A stretch of 63,962 nucleotides of DNA, the filler included, from Octopus bimaculoides (lineage: Eukaryota): assembly GCF_001194135.2 (NCBI RefSeq). It is 9 parts of 7 records of this genome, joined end to end, with 100 filler letters (N's around TTAATTAATTAA, not from the genome) between each part and the next. Parts side by side here need not be neighbours in the genome. Positions count along the whole stretch, not along the records: positions 20,010 to 35,219 come from NC_068990.1; 8 more parts are not named here. One strand, written 5' to 3'. Shown piece after piece: positions 23,230 through 35,200 of this stretch. The position numbers and the translations under genes are program-made. The notes under the pieces were generated by a model. The model saw nothing but the letters and a program-made list of their open reading frames with translations. It was not told where the DNA came from and did not search any database. The first letter of the stretch is position 1. Each line of letters begins with the position of its first letter.

Positions 23230-23868
23230 ACTGAAAAGACTGGAGGTCATATTAAAAAGGAAAATAAAACTGTAGAAGGGAATTCCAAAATTCTTAGGTG
23301 TGAGAAGAAACTGGTACTGTAAAGTGCTTTACTAAACTTAGGAGGTTGCACACTATACTGATGAGAACTGGATGCAAGTCTAATTGATCGCTGGTAAGTT
23401 CTGAAAGGAGGATCCAGAGAACAGAGCTCAGCTGAACATTGTCCATGAAAATACTTATAGAGAAGAGATAAGGAAGCCACACGACGACGATGAGAGAGTG
23501 AATCCAATTTAGAAGATAGATCAGGGCCAATAGCATTACAAATCCGGCGTTGAATGCAGTCCAACAATCTGCAGGGGAACCTGCGCATATTTGACAACAG
23601 TACTCAATGCAGGGGCAAATGGTGGACTTATAAAGATAAAGAATAGTCTCAGGAGTGAGATAACTCCTCGAATGAAGGAGTGAGCCGACCTTCATTACAG
23701 CCGATTTGGCAATAGATTCAATGTAAGTCCTTCAAGAAAAATCATTGCAGAAAGTCACTCCTAGGAGACGAAGAGAACGACTGTCAGTTAAGTCAATATC
23801 ATCCATCGAAACCGATGGCAAGAAAGGATGTCTGAAGCGATTGATTGAAGGAAGTTCAGTTTTCGAAG

Positions 23869-23870
<2 letters not shown>
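23230..23870 (-). mobile_element. CR1/L2-group LINE, post-RT C-terminal fragment
   Basis: SLRLLGVTF, KVGSLLHSRSYLTPETILYLYKSTI.PCIEYCC, LLDCIQRRIC, LDSLSHRRRVASLSLLYKYFHG.CS.EL. Confidence 0.8.
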
Positions 23871-23905
<35 letters not shown>

Positions 23906-23981
23906 NNNNNNNNNNNNNNNNNNNNNNNNNNNNNNNNNNNNNNNNNNNNNNNNNNNNNNNNNNNNNNNNNNNNNNNNNNNN

Positions 23982-24020
<39 letters not shown>

Positions 24021-25616
24021 CCTGAGTTTCTCTTTTATCTTCATATGTATACATGCATACATCCATACATATATGTGTATAGGTATGGACTTTTCCGTTA
24101 AACAGTTTGTAATTATCTGCGTTCACACGCACGCGCGCGCACACGCACACATACTAAAGAATGAAAGACCATTTGTTGATAGCGGTAGTTTGTCTTGATC
24201 AGCGCCAAAATAAACTAAATTCTTTGTTAAAGGATTCTTCTTTTTTGCCGTTACAAGAGTCTTTTATGACTACTCACTTGATTAAAGTATCATTCTTTCT
24301 GAGATTGCTAGCGTCCCTCAATTTATATCTTTATTGCACCATTAACCGCTGATTCTTGGTATCTACAAGCAATTTATGGTGCATTTGGTAACGTTGCTAT
24401 CTCACAGAATCATCACGTGACCAGCGATATGTTTTCCCCCTCGGACAGCTTCATAAACTCTACCCATTTTTTTTACATCTGCTTCATGAATCTTTCTAGT
24501 TTTCTCCTTCATGTCACTTTGCAGTTATAAGTTTTCAGTTCAATTTCAACCAATGCCGACTTAATTATTTCTTGGAGTCAACTGGTTTTAAATATTTGTG
24601 AAGAGAAAGAAGCACAAAGTAAGAATATATTTAAGTGAGTGTGCACACAGAAATCTGTGCCATTAGGTCATTAGAAATGTATTCGCTTGTTTTGCAGAAT
24701 GTTATTTTCTAAACGCAGCCATTGCTAGTATCGTTGGCAATGTTAAGAATGGTATCAAGCGTAGACGAACAATATTAGTTTTGACTGACGTTCCAACATT
24801 GGCTGCTTTCTTGGCAGCAACAACAGTGGTAATAGTCGTTAGTCTAGTAGAAATAACAGCCTTTACAGTTACTATGACCGTGTCGACAGAAATCATCATC
24901 ACATCAATACAAGCAACGGTCTGTGTTATTGTTCCTGCATTCGTATAACGTGCAGTGTTACCAAACAGTGCTACGATGATGAAATCTTTAATATCAACCC
25001 CTCGTTAGGGTTTAAATACTTATTACAATGATATGATGCAATGTTGTAGGCAACAGAGACATTATATAATTGATAAATGCTATGTTTGTACACAGTGATG
25101 GGCTCAACGTGTCCAATGAACATAAGTGATAAAAGCTGAATTGCGGTGGACTGGTCTATTTAAATCACAATTTATTACAACCATTTCACTGGCATTTAAA
25201 CTAAACTATGGCGGCTGAAACGGCGAAGACAACATTGACAAAGACAACAATAGCAAAATTTAAAGGCCTACCCACGCATTCCAGGAAGAGTTAGTTAATA
25301 ATATATTGGTATGTATATGTGTGTCTGTGTGTATATGTATATGTACACACACACACATACACACACGTACATAGCATAAAAGGATAAAAGTATAAAAACG
25401 TAAAACGGTATCAGATTAAACTATGATATTTATGTCTTTAAACATGATGTTACATGAGAACAAGAACAGATGCGCAGATGGTCCATGTTGTGCAAAACAA
25501 GCGCTAGCATTATATNNNNNNNNNNNNNNNNNNNNNNNNNNNNNNNNNNNNNNNNNNNNNNNNNNGAGTTCCATTCTAAGCAGTGACTTGAATACTACTA
25601 CTACTACTACTACTAC

Positions 25617-25658
<42 letters not shown>

Positions 25659-25677
25659 TAATAATAATAATAATAAT

Positions 25678-25738
<61 letters not shown>

Positions 25739-25751
25739 TATATATATATAC

Positions 25752-25784
<33 letters not shown>

Positions 25785-25796
25785 TGTATGTATATA

Positions 25797-26282
25797 GGCA
25801 CAATCACAATCGTCACTAAAGTGACTTAGGGTTGCAAGTCACCACCAGCATTGGTAGAAATAAGAACCAAAACAACTTTTAGCTACGGGCAGAGCACCAT
25901 CTATTGACTGACAAGGGAGACAACCTCCCCACGTCAATCGAGAGCGCCAAATCACCGGTGATTTCAGATAGAATTAATCCTCATCGGTGACGCTACTCTT
26001 CGCCTAGGGTTAAGCTAACACGCCTTGTCAGTATATAGAAACTACCATAGGAACCACTGACTGATTCAGTAAAATGGTAAAGTGATAAATTATAAATTAT
26101 TAAAGTGGCTAGTCGCAATTTAAAATCAAAATGTACAAGTATGATTACAAAAGTGACTGAGGGTGCAAGTCAGTCAATGGATGGTGCTCTACCGCGGCTA
26201 AGAGTTATTTTGACTGTTATTTCTAGTAATGCTGGTGCTGACTTGCACCCATAGTCACTTTTGTGACGATTGTATTTGTGCC
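25797..26282. mobile_element. Fold-back/MITE with ~115-bp terminal inverted repeats
   Basis: 25797-25912 versus 26169-26282 are roughly 80% complementary by eye (GGCACAA...ATTGACTGAC / GTCAGTCAAT...TTGTGCC). No clear TSD. Confidence 0.7.
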
Positions 26283-26329
26283 TTTTGGTTTTAAATGATG
26301 ACTAACCACTTTAATAATTTATATATTCT

Positions 26330-26927
26330 TTTATTCTTTTACTTGGTTCAGTCATTTGACTGCGGCCATGCTGGAGCACCGCCTTCAANNNNNNNNNNNN
26401 NNNNNNNNNNNNNNNNNNNNNNNNNNNNNNNNNNNNNNNNNNNNNNNNNNNNNNNNNNNNNNNNNNNNNNNNNNNNNNNNNNNNNNNNNNNNNNNNNNNN
26501 NNNNNNNNNNNNNNNNNNNNNNNNNNNNNNNNNNNNNNNNNNNNNNNNNNNNNNNNNNNNNNNNNNNNNNNNNNNNNNNNNNNNNNNNNNNNNNNNNNNN
26601 NNNNNNNNNNNNNNNNNNNNNNNNNNNNNNNNNNNNNNNNNNNNNNNNNNNNNNNNNNNNNNNNNNNNNNNNNNNNNNNNNNNNNNNNNNNNNNNNNNNN
26701 NNNNNNNNNNNNNNNNNNNNNNNNNNNNNNNNNNNNNNNNNNNNNNNNNNNNNNNNNNNNNNNATATATATATATATATATATACATATATATGACGGGC
26801 TTCTTTCAGTTTCCGTCCACCAAATCCACACACGAAGCTTTGTTCTGCCTGAGGCTATAGTAGAAGCATTTGCCCAAGGTGCCCTGCAGTGGGACTGAAC
26901 CCGGAACCATGTGGTTGGTAAACAAGA
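26330..26927 (-). mobile_element. SINE family A with its internal microsatellite replaced by an assembly gap
   Basis: The tail (CAGTCATTTGACTGCGGCCATGCTGGAGCACCGCC) lies left of the gap. The head and body (GACGGGCTTCTTTCAGTTTCCG...GAACCATGTGGTTGG) lie right of it. Confidence 0.75.
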
Positions 26928-26967
26928 AAGAAATAAGCAGAGCAAGAGCACACACGAAGACGGAAAG

Positions 26968-27012
26968 TGTCGCTGAGGAAGTCACAGATGTGTGACGAAA
27001 TATTTCAAGACA
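26968..27012 (+). ncRNA. Minimal hammerhead-like motif (family C)
   Basis: CUGAGGA (26973-26979), A, perfect stem II GUCACA-GAUG-UGUGAC, GAAA (26997-27000), ATAT (possibly decayed ACGT). Stem I is weak (UGUC/GACA). Confidence 0.5.
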
Positions 27013-27118
27013 ATGGACATGAGTTAGAATAAGAACAGTAATAAACGAGTGAAGAACGAATATATAGTGCGTGTTTATTTGGCAAAGAAAAGTAACCATG
27101 CAGAAATACAATTTATAA

Positions 27119-27158
<40 letters not shown>

Positions 27159-28295
27159 NNNNNNNNNNATATATATATATATATATATATACATACATAC
27201 ATGTTTGTGGGCGCATGCGCGTGCGTGTGTGTGTATGTCAATATGTGTAGAAAGAGAGGATATTAAGTGGTCTTGTGTGAAGGAAGCCATATATAAATGG
27301 TTACGATTAATGATGCCAGAATAGTAGAGTTATCTGTTAGCCAGATTAGCCAGCGGAGGTGAGGTACATGATAAGGAATACTTACTAGTTACAGCAGTTT
27401 GGTATAGTGATCAGTACGATGTGTGTGGGCTGGTAAGAGTTAGCTTAAGTATGGTAAGTTAAGAAGTAACGTAGGTGTAAGGTTGTAAATCATCTAACTA
27501 CGACTGATGCCATTGAATGCGGCTGGGATGTTTGTGTTTACTGTAAAAATAAGGGATTAATATTTAATTGTAAGTTTAATGAAGGGAATGCATATGTTTA
27601 GGCATGTGTGTAGATGTCGTAAATAAGTGAAAACATAGAGATCCTAACTCTTGTATCTTTTCAGAGAAGAAGAGCGATGTTAAATTTATAAGTACTACGT
27701 GGTCACTAGGGAATAATATTTCATTAAACGTCTGCGATATAATTCCAGTTAGGATGGATAGTGAAATTAGAAATTAAAAATTATACTGAGCCGCCGTATA
27801 GCGCAACCAGTCATCGTCTGGTGACTGGAAAAGCATAAGAGAGTCAGTCTCTTCAGTCAGCTCGTAGCGTCGTCTGCATAGTGTCTGTGGCCGAAGAGGA
27901 GATAACTACTCCAAAATGCAAGCATCTGACAGTCCAGGTAGGTGGTGCTGCGAGCTGATCCAGACGTATAGACATTTGTCAACAAGGGAGATATATTCTC
28001 CGTAACAAGACGCAGTTCGAACGTGCATCAAGCATATTCGGCCTGATAATAACATCACAATTGTGAGGTTTGTTTGTAAGACTAGCATTTGCGAACTGGC
28101 AGAAGCGCTAATATGCCTGGCAAAATGCTTGGAGGTATTTCATCTATCTTTACCCCAAATACAACACTAGCTCTCACTTGGTTGCCGGCCAAGGCTTAGG
28201 GACGCCAAGTTCGCCCTGTGTAACTTGATGCAGGACTCTCACAGACGCAGAGGTCAATGAAGGTCAGGAGTGGAATTAATTCCCTGCGCTGTTCA

Positions 28296-28344
<49 letters not shown>

Positions 28345-28667
28345 GTTATTATATTTNNNNNNNNNNNNNNNNNNNNNNNNNNNNNNNNNNNNNNNNNNNN
28401 NNNNNNNNNNNNNNNNNNNNNNNNNNNNNNNNNNNNNNNNNNNNNNNNNNNNNNNNNNNNNNNNNNNNNNNNNNNNNNNNNNNNNNNNNNNNNNNNNNNN
28501 NNNNNNNNNNNNNNNNNNNNNNNNNNNNNNNNNNNNNNNNNNNNNNNNNNNNNNNNNNNNNNNNNNNNNNNNNNNNNNNNNNNNNNNNNNNNNNNNNNNN
28601 NNNCACACACACTATGAAATCCACTCACAAGGCTTTGGTCGGTCCGAGACTATAGTAGAAGACACTT

Positions 28668-30640
28668 GCCTGTCCATCTCCTTTAGTTCCTCCTCTGTCC
28701 ACTTCAGGATTCCAGCGCCATACCGAACTATTGCGACTGCGCGCGAATTTATTGCCGAAATTATGTTTCTGGCATTCAACTTTGGAGCCAATATTTTTCT
28801 CACTCGCCGCAGGTACTCTCTCTTTGTCTTTTTCTCCATGTCGTGGTATTTGATTCCATCTGTCTCAAGTATTCCCAGGTATTTATAGCTGGGAGGTTGA
28901 ATTGCCTTCATCATTTCACCACTTGGCAACAATATGCCTTCTGTTCTGACAAGATTTCCTCGTCTCATCAGCATCATACCACATTTTGAGAGTGCTAATA
29001 TCATCTTAATATCATTGGAGAAAATCCACACTGACCGAACTAGGCTTTCTAGTTCTGCCTCAGTTTTTGTGAATAGCTTCAGGTCGTCCATGAATATCAA
29101 GTGGTTTAGTTTTCCCTTACCTCTTCCCAGATCATGCCCCAACTTTGTTCTCTGTATTATTGCATTCAAAGGAATCATTCCCAGCACGAATATCAGTGGG
29201 GACACACTGTCTCTCAGGAAGATTCTTCTCTTGATTTCCACCTCCCCTAGTACTTGCTTCCCTGCTGTCAATTCTGTTCTCCAGTATTTCCTGTTATTCC
29301 ATATAAGGCTTCTAATATTCTTTACTACTCCATACATTTCTATTGTTCTTATTATCCAGAAGTGTGGTATCATATCGTATGCTTTGCGATAGTCAACCCA
29401 TGTCATGCTCAGGTTTGTATATCTTCTCTTGCAGTTCCTGATGATTAAATTATCAATTAAGAGCTGATCCTTCGTTTCCCCGCTCCCTTTTCAGCACTCT
29501 TTCTGTTCAATGGGTAGCAGTCCACTTTTTTCCAAGTAACTGTACACTTCACCAGCCAAAATACCTGACATTAGTTTCCACATTAGCGGAAGGCATGTTA
29601 TTGGTCTAAAGTTGGATGCAACATTTCCCTTTTCAGGATCCTTGGCACATAACAATGGCTTTCTCTTGGTCATTCAGCTGGGTACTGCGCCTTCCTGCAA
29701 GCACTCATCTAGCTGTTGTGCTATCCTTTCATGGAGTCCTCTCAGCTTCTTCATCCAATACCCTTGGACCTCATCCGGTCCTGGGCTCTTCCAATTTGGA
29801 AATTTTTTTAACTGCTTTTTTTTTTTATCATTTCTGTAGTTGTCTTTATGTCTTCTCGGACATAAAGATAACTATATTTCTTATAACTATACATTTCTAT
29901 ATTTCCTGACTTATCTTGGATTTCATGCAGCCACCCCGCTTCATCATTATGCTGGGTTGGTCCCAGATCCCTCTCCAGAATGCCTTGCTTTCTTCTGCAT
30001 CTGGTTTCATTGTTACGTGTATTTGCCCATCTAGTTCCTGAAACAGTTTTTTCTGATTCGCTTCAACCAATCTGTTTTGCCTAAACTGTATTTTTCTATT
30101 GTCATATCTTTCCAGATTTGCTTTGTTTGCTGCTACTTTCTGTTTCAGTTCTTCCAGTATCACATCATAACCTTTATATCTTATTCTATATGTTCTTTCC
30201 AGCATTATTCTTATGCTTTCGTTCTGCAATTTCCCTCTTCTCAATCTATCAACTTGTCCTAAATATCTTTTTAACTTTGTTTGTTTCTCACAAATTCGTC
30301 TAAACCAGAATGGTTCTTTGCCTTCTGTTTGTTCTTTTCTTTTGTATCCAACTCTATCTGCAGCAGCCATAGCTGCAGCCCAAATAATCTTGTTAGTTTC
30401 AGTTATATTTCTCGTCTGGAATAGCGCAAGAACCGAGTCTATCTTTTCGTTTTCAACCTTGAGCTTGCGTCGGTCAATGTACCTCAGGTTGGGGATGCTT
30501 GATCCTGGTCTTCCCTAATGTATCGGCACAGCATCCTCACTATGTCTTGTTAGTCATTATCGTATTAAGATATAGATCTTCCTATTACTTCGGCTTCATT
30601 TGCAGAGAATGCATTTACATTTACACTTTGTTCTACTTCT
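28668..30640 (-). mobile_element. R4/Dong-clade (RLE-type) LINE with RT domain, degenerate
   Basis: WVDYRKAYDMIPH, RRIFLRDSVSPLIF (RGIFQGDSLSP), [51 protein letters not shown]. Confidence 0.92.
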
Positions 30641-31151
30641 TTATTGCCGCCAGTTATTTTTCAATAATCTCCAGTTTCTGGCACGTGTTGAGGAATATTT
30701 ATATATTACTTAATCTATATACGTATGTACGTGTATGTATGTGTGAGAGAGAGAGAAGGAGACAGAGAGAGAAAGAGATAGAGAAAGACAAACAGACAGA
30801 GTGACAAAGAAATGAACTGCCTGGGGCCTCCTTAGTCCAGAGATATGAGTGAGAATGGTGCAGTCATTCTGATGAAGAATGAGCAATATGCTAAAGAATC
30901 GACATGTAGAATGTGTGTGTGTATGTGTGTGTGCGTGCGTGTATGTGTGCCTGTATGTGTGTGCCTGTTTCTATATACAAACGCACATATATTTACATAT
31001 ATCATGTAATATATAGAGATATTATGTATGTGGATGTATAAGTATGTATGTATATATGTATATATATGGGTATGAGTGTGTGGAACACATCTCACTCTCT
31101 CTCGCTTTCTCTCTATATATCAAATGTAATCGCTATCAAATGTAGTACTAT

Positions 31152-31260
31152 CAATGTACTCTATCAAAGGTAATCAATAGCAATGTACTCTATCAAATAT
31201 AATCAATATTACTGTACTTTATGAAATGTAATCATTACCAATGTACTCTATCAAATGTAC
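31152..31260. repeat. 29-bp minisatellite, ~3.8 copies (CAATGTACTCTATCAAATGTAATCAATAG-like)
   Basis: Units start at 31152, 31181, 31210 and 31239. Confidence 0.8.
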
Positions 31261-31546
31261 TCACTCTCGCCGCCTGATAAACCAGTTGTTCATTATTCTT
31301 TGAGACAATTCACTTTCATTACTTCTCCGTACCTTCTCCTTGTCAATTCCAGTTTATTTTGGCCCTCCATTATACATAAGTCATAATCAAAGTCAACTAA
31401 CTTAATTGTTGCAGTCCTTTGTTGGCGACAATCTATTACCAAGAGTAGTCACAAAACACTGGGTACCTTTGTTAACAAGTTGTTGCAACATGTAAAAAGA
31501 ATAACATGAAGCTATTGTTTCGAGTGGGTGGGATGCTTTCAGGTGC

Positions 31547-31578
<32 letters not shown>

Positions 31579-33942
31579 ATGATGACGGTGAGGATGATCT
31601 TGAAGGTTTTTTGTAAGGTAGACGGAAGCTACTCATTGAAACAGTCACTTAAAATTTTTAGGACAACTCTTGTTTAATTCTGTCCAATATTGCATTCTGT
31701 CCAATATTGCATTCTGTCCAACGGGCAATAGGATTCGGTTTTAGCAATGTCCACAGTCTGTGTTGAGCATTTAATGCTTTGCTAGTGTGTTTTATTCGTT
31801 TTGGGTTTGTGTTTGTTACTGTCATTATCGTTACAATTAAGTGGGAGCTTTCTTTGTCTCTTCACCTGAAAGAATGCATGTGTTGATAAATTCATCCGCT
31901 GAAACCAATGGCTGTCATGCCCGGTTAGTGTCTCGTTCGCTTATCTTCTTCTTCTGGATTTCCCCAAAATTACATGGAGCATCCTTGATAGGGTTTCCCC
32001 CTTACTCAACAGGAGTACGTAATTGTCAACTCCTGTACCTCGAGGAACTGCTCGTAATGCAATCAAGAAGTATCCATCGACAAAAAACACTGATCAATTC
32101 TATTGTTGCCACCGATGATATGCCAAGCTATCGAACTTCAAATCATTGACTGCTGATAACCTGCAAAAACAACCCTAGTCTTAGTTGGTCCATGTACAAG
32201 TTGCATGGTTTATTGCCACTATTAGCTCATAGAGGTCATTATTTCCACTTCCACGTCCATTGATCGTGACCTACTATCTATCACTCAGCTATAATTACAC
32301 CACGCCGTCTTCATGCAAACAAATATGTAACCTGACACTATCACTCTTCCCACGTAATATTCCCGTAACTGTCGTCGGTAAATTGTTAAAACATACAAAA
32401 AGCGGACTACGTGACGTCAAAATATTTTCTTCTTTACCATGCGGGGCATAATATGAAAGCAACGATTGTCGCTTTTGAGCCAAAGAACCTCTCGTGACCG
32501 GAACTGACTATCGAAAGCCCAAATATCTGCCCCATCGATAGTCAGAGGTATCATCTAGAGATATTTCTTCAATTCATTTTCAGTTTTCTTCTCTCTAGCA
32601 CTGTACACCTTAGGATGTAGGTGGGTTCTGTGTTCACAAGCTTAAACTGTCTTTAAATATTTACAACTCCAGTGTAATGTATTGAGTGAAACTTTCTTTC
32701 GTTTGTTCATCCACTCGTGTGCACAGACAGACACACGCACACACGTACGTACACACGCATACACGCACACACACATACAAACACACACAAATACACGCAC
32801 GCACGCGCGCACACACACACAAACATATACACACATAATATATATATATATATATGTATATATGCACATCACCAGGTGAATAGTAACAGACAGAGTGGAG
32901 CCTTTAGCAGAATTTCAAGATAGATGCAGTGCCTCCAGAGGCAAGACAAGAATCATAACGTTAGCATTTAGTTCATTGACACAATTTCTATCAAAGCTGC
33001 CGCTGCCGCCACCACCACCATCATCAGTCTTATCACCAAATCCATCGCTGCTACTACAACAGTGACTATCTCTTTTAGTCCCAATGGTAACCCTACCATT
33101 ACCCAGAGAGCGCTCGCCACCGAAAGTATCCCATTAGCTCAAGTTTTACCTCTAAATAATATTCTCCACCCACAGTTTATACCTCAGCAGGTTATTTCTT
33201 CCATCTACCATTTCTCGCATTGGCACCATTATCGATATCTCTCTCCTCGTCCCTATCATCATCACCACCACCACCGCCACCATCACCATACTTATATTTT
33301 CACCACCGCTGCAGTCATTTGCTACCACCTTTACGCTAAGCGCCGCTCCTTCATCACTAGCACCATCACAACCACCATCTACACTATCACCGCCATCACA
33401 CTACAACCACCAATACCTCCATCATCACCTTCATCACCACTCCTACCAACGTCATCACACCAACTCTATCACCAATACCATCGTCATCCTCACCCTCATT
33501 TCCATCACCCCACCACCCCAACGTCTCCTCCATCTTCATCATCAACACGCCACCCTCATCAGCACTTCCATCATCATCATCATCATCATGACCCATCACC
33601 GTTATCACAAACTCTGAGTCGATAACACAATAGAAAATACCCAAGACGTCAATCACTATCACCACCAGCACCCTTTACTCCACCCACCCAAATAAACCCT
33701 GTGCGCCATTGTTAATCTTGATCGAGCAATAAAAAAAAAAACAGCTGCCCCAGTTTATGTTTGCAGTTTATTGTGTTTCTATGGCAACAACTTCGACCTT
33801 ATCACATCGCTTATGTTTTCATAATTATATCTCTAAAAATACAGTCTCTGGTTGTTGTTTTTTTTTTTACATATTTATGTTTTTGATATTTCATAATGAA
33901 TATGACATCTGTCTCATATGTGTGTGTGTGTGTGTGTGCACG

Positions 33943-33976
<34 letters not shown>

Positions 33977-34310
33977 NNNNNNNNNNNNNNNNNNNNNNNN
34001 NNNNNNNNNNNNNNNNNNNNNNNNNNNNNNNNNNNNNNNNNNNNNNNNNNNNNNNNNNNNNNNNNNNNNNNNNNNNNNNNNNNNNNNNNNNNNNNNNNNN
34101 NNNNNNNNNNNNNNNNNNNNNNNNNNNNNNNNNNNNNNNNNNNNNNNNNNNNNNNNNNNNNNNNNNNNNNNNNNNNNNNNNNNNNNNNNNNNNNNNNNNN
34201 NNNNNNNNNNNNNNNNNNNNNNNNNNNNNNNNNNNNNNNNNNNNNNNNNNNNNNNNNNNNNNNNNNNNNNNNNNNNNNNNNNNNNNNNNNNNNNNNNNNN
34301 NNNNNNNNNN

Positions 34311-34423
34311 CTCTATCTCTTTTTCTCCTTTCTCTCTCACACGTACATGTATACGGGTTGTTTTGTATGTGCATGTGCATATGTGCGCGTGTGTAAGTGT
34401 GTGTGTATATATACATATATATT

Positions 34424-34482
<59 letters not shown>

Positions 34483-34559
34483 TCGCACACACGCACATAC
34501 AAAACAACAGCCCGTATACGTGTACGTGTAAGAGAGAAAGGACAAAAAGAGATGGAGAG
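34311..34559. repeat. ~250-bp fold-back (inverted repeat centred on (TA)n)
   Basis: Left arm CTCTATCTCTTTTTCTCCTTTCTCTCTCACACGTACATGTATACGGGTTGTTTTGTATGTGC is complementary to right arm GCACATACAAAACAACAGCCCGTATACGTGTACGTGTAAGAGAGAAAGGACAAAAAGAGATGGAGAG. Confidence 0.8.
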
Positions 34560-34858
34560 TTTATAAATATTTCTGCATGCTCCAGTTGAAACTAAGTGTG
34601 GAAAATAGGTACCAGATCTTCAGGGAATGTTACCTGTAAACGACTAATACTGGATTCCAGAGGGAAATTTTTTTCTACGATTCTGAGATCCAGTTATTTT
34701 CTATGTAATGACATTTTTTTACCTGTTAGAAAAATATTTGAAAAAAAATGGACGGGGGACGGGGTTAGATAATACAAAAATACCCCATTATCTAATAGGG
34801 TATTTTTGTATGGGATCGGTTTTTATTACTTTTACTGTATTACATTTACTTTTACTCA

Positions 34859-35200
34859 TCTATATGTATAAAAATGAGAATGTGTGTCTGTCTGTCTGTC
34901 TGTCTGTCTGTGTGTGTGTGTGTGTGAATCCCTAAAACTCGAGAACTACGCAACCAATTTCATTCAAATTTTACAGATGCCTTACTTAGGGTTCCAGTTG
35001 TGTTTTAGTCAAAAAATTTTTTAGCTTCTTCCAGAGTTCGAACCCACGGCAACATAATATCTCCTCCACTATTTAAGTATTACGTGTCAAAAGTGAAACA
35101 AAAACACTCATGTCAAATACTTTCACTTTAAAAATGAAACTATTCCACTAACTGAAACAATCACATTTCGATACTGTAATGACAGATACTTTCAGAGAGA
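34859..35200 (+). mobile_element. Non-autonomous Helitron 5' portion (DINE-1/Lep1-like layout)
   Basis: A|TC terminus, TCTATATGTATAAAAATGAGAATG, a (GTCT)n/(GT)n tract, then AACTACGCAACCAATTTCATTCAAATTT. It runs into a gap. Confidence 0.68.

Noticed and set aside
24702-24960. Hydrophobic ORF-like stretch
   Set aside because: Low-complexity decayed triplet sequence without splice signals or motifs.
27335-28054. Possible solo LTR (TGTTAG...TAACA, 720 bp)
   Set aside because: No matching target-site duplication and no second copy in the window.
31152-31260. CRISPR-like array
   Set aside because: The units are directly adjacent with no unique spacers, and this is a eukaryotic context with no cas genes.
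31841-32149. 102-aa plus-strand ORF
   Set aside because: It has a GTG start, no domain similarity and no supporting splice sites on this strand.
33062-33625. His/Pro/Thr-rich 187-aa ORF
   Set aside because: It derives from a degenerate (CAC/CAT)n triplet field; stop-free by composition.
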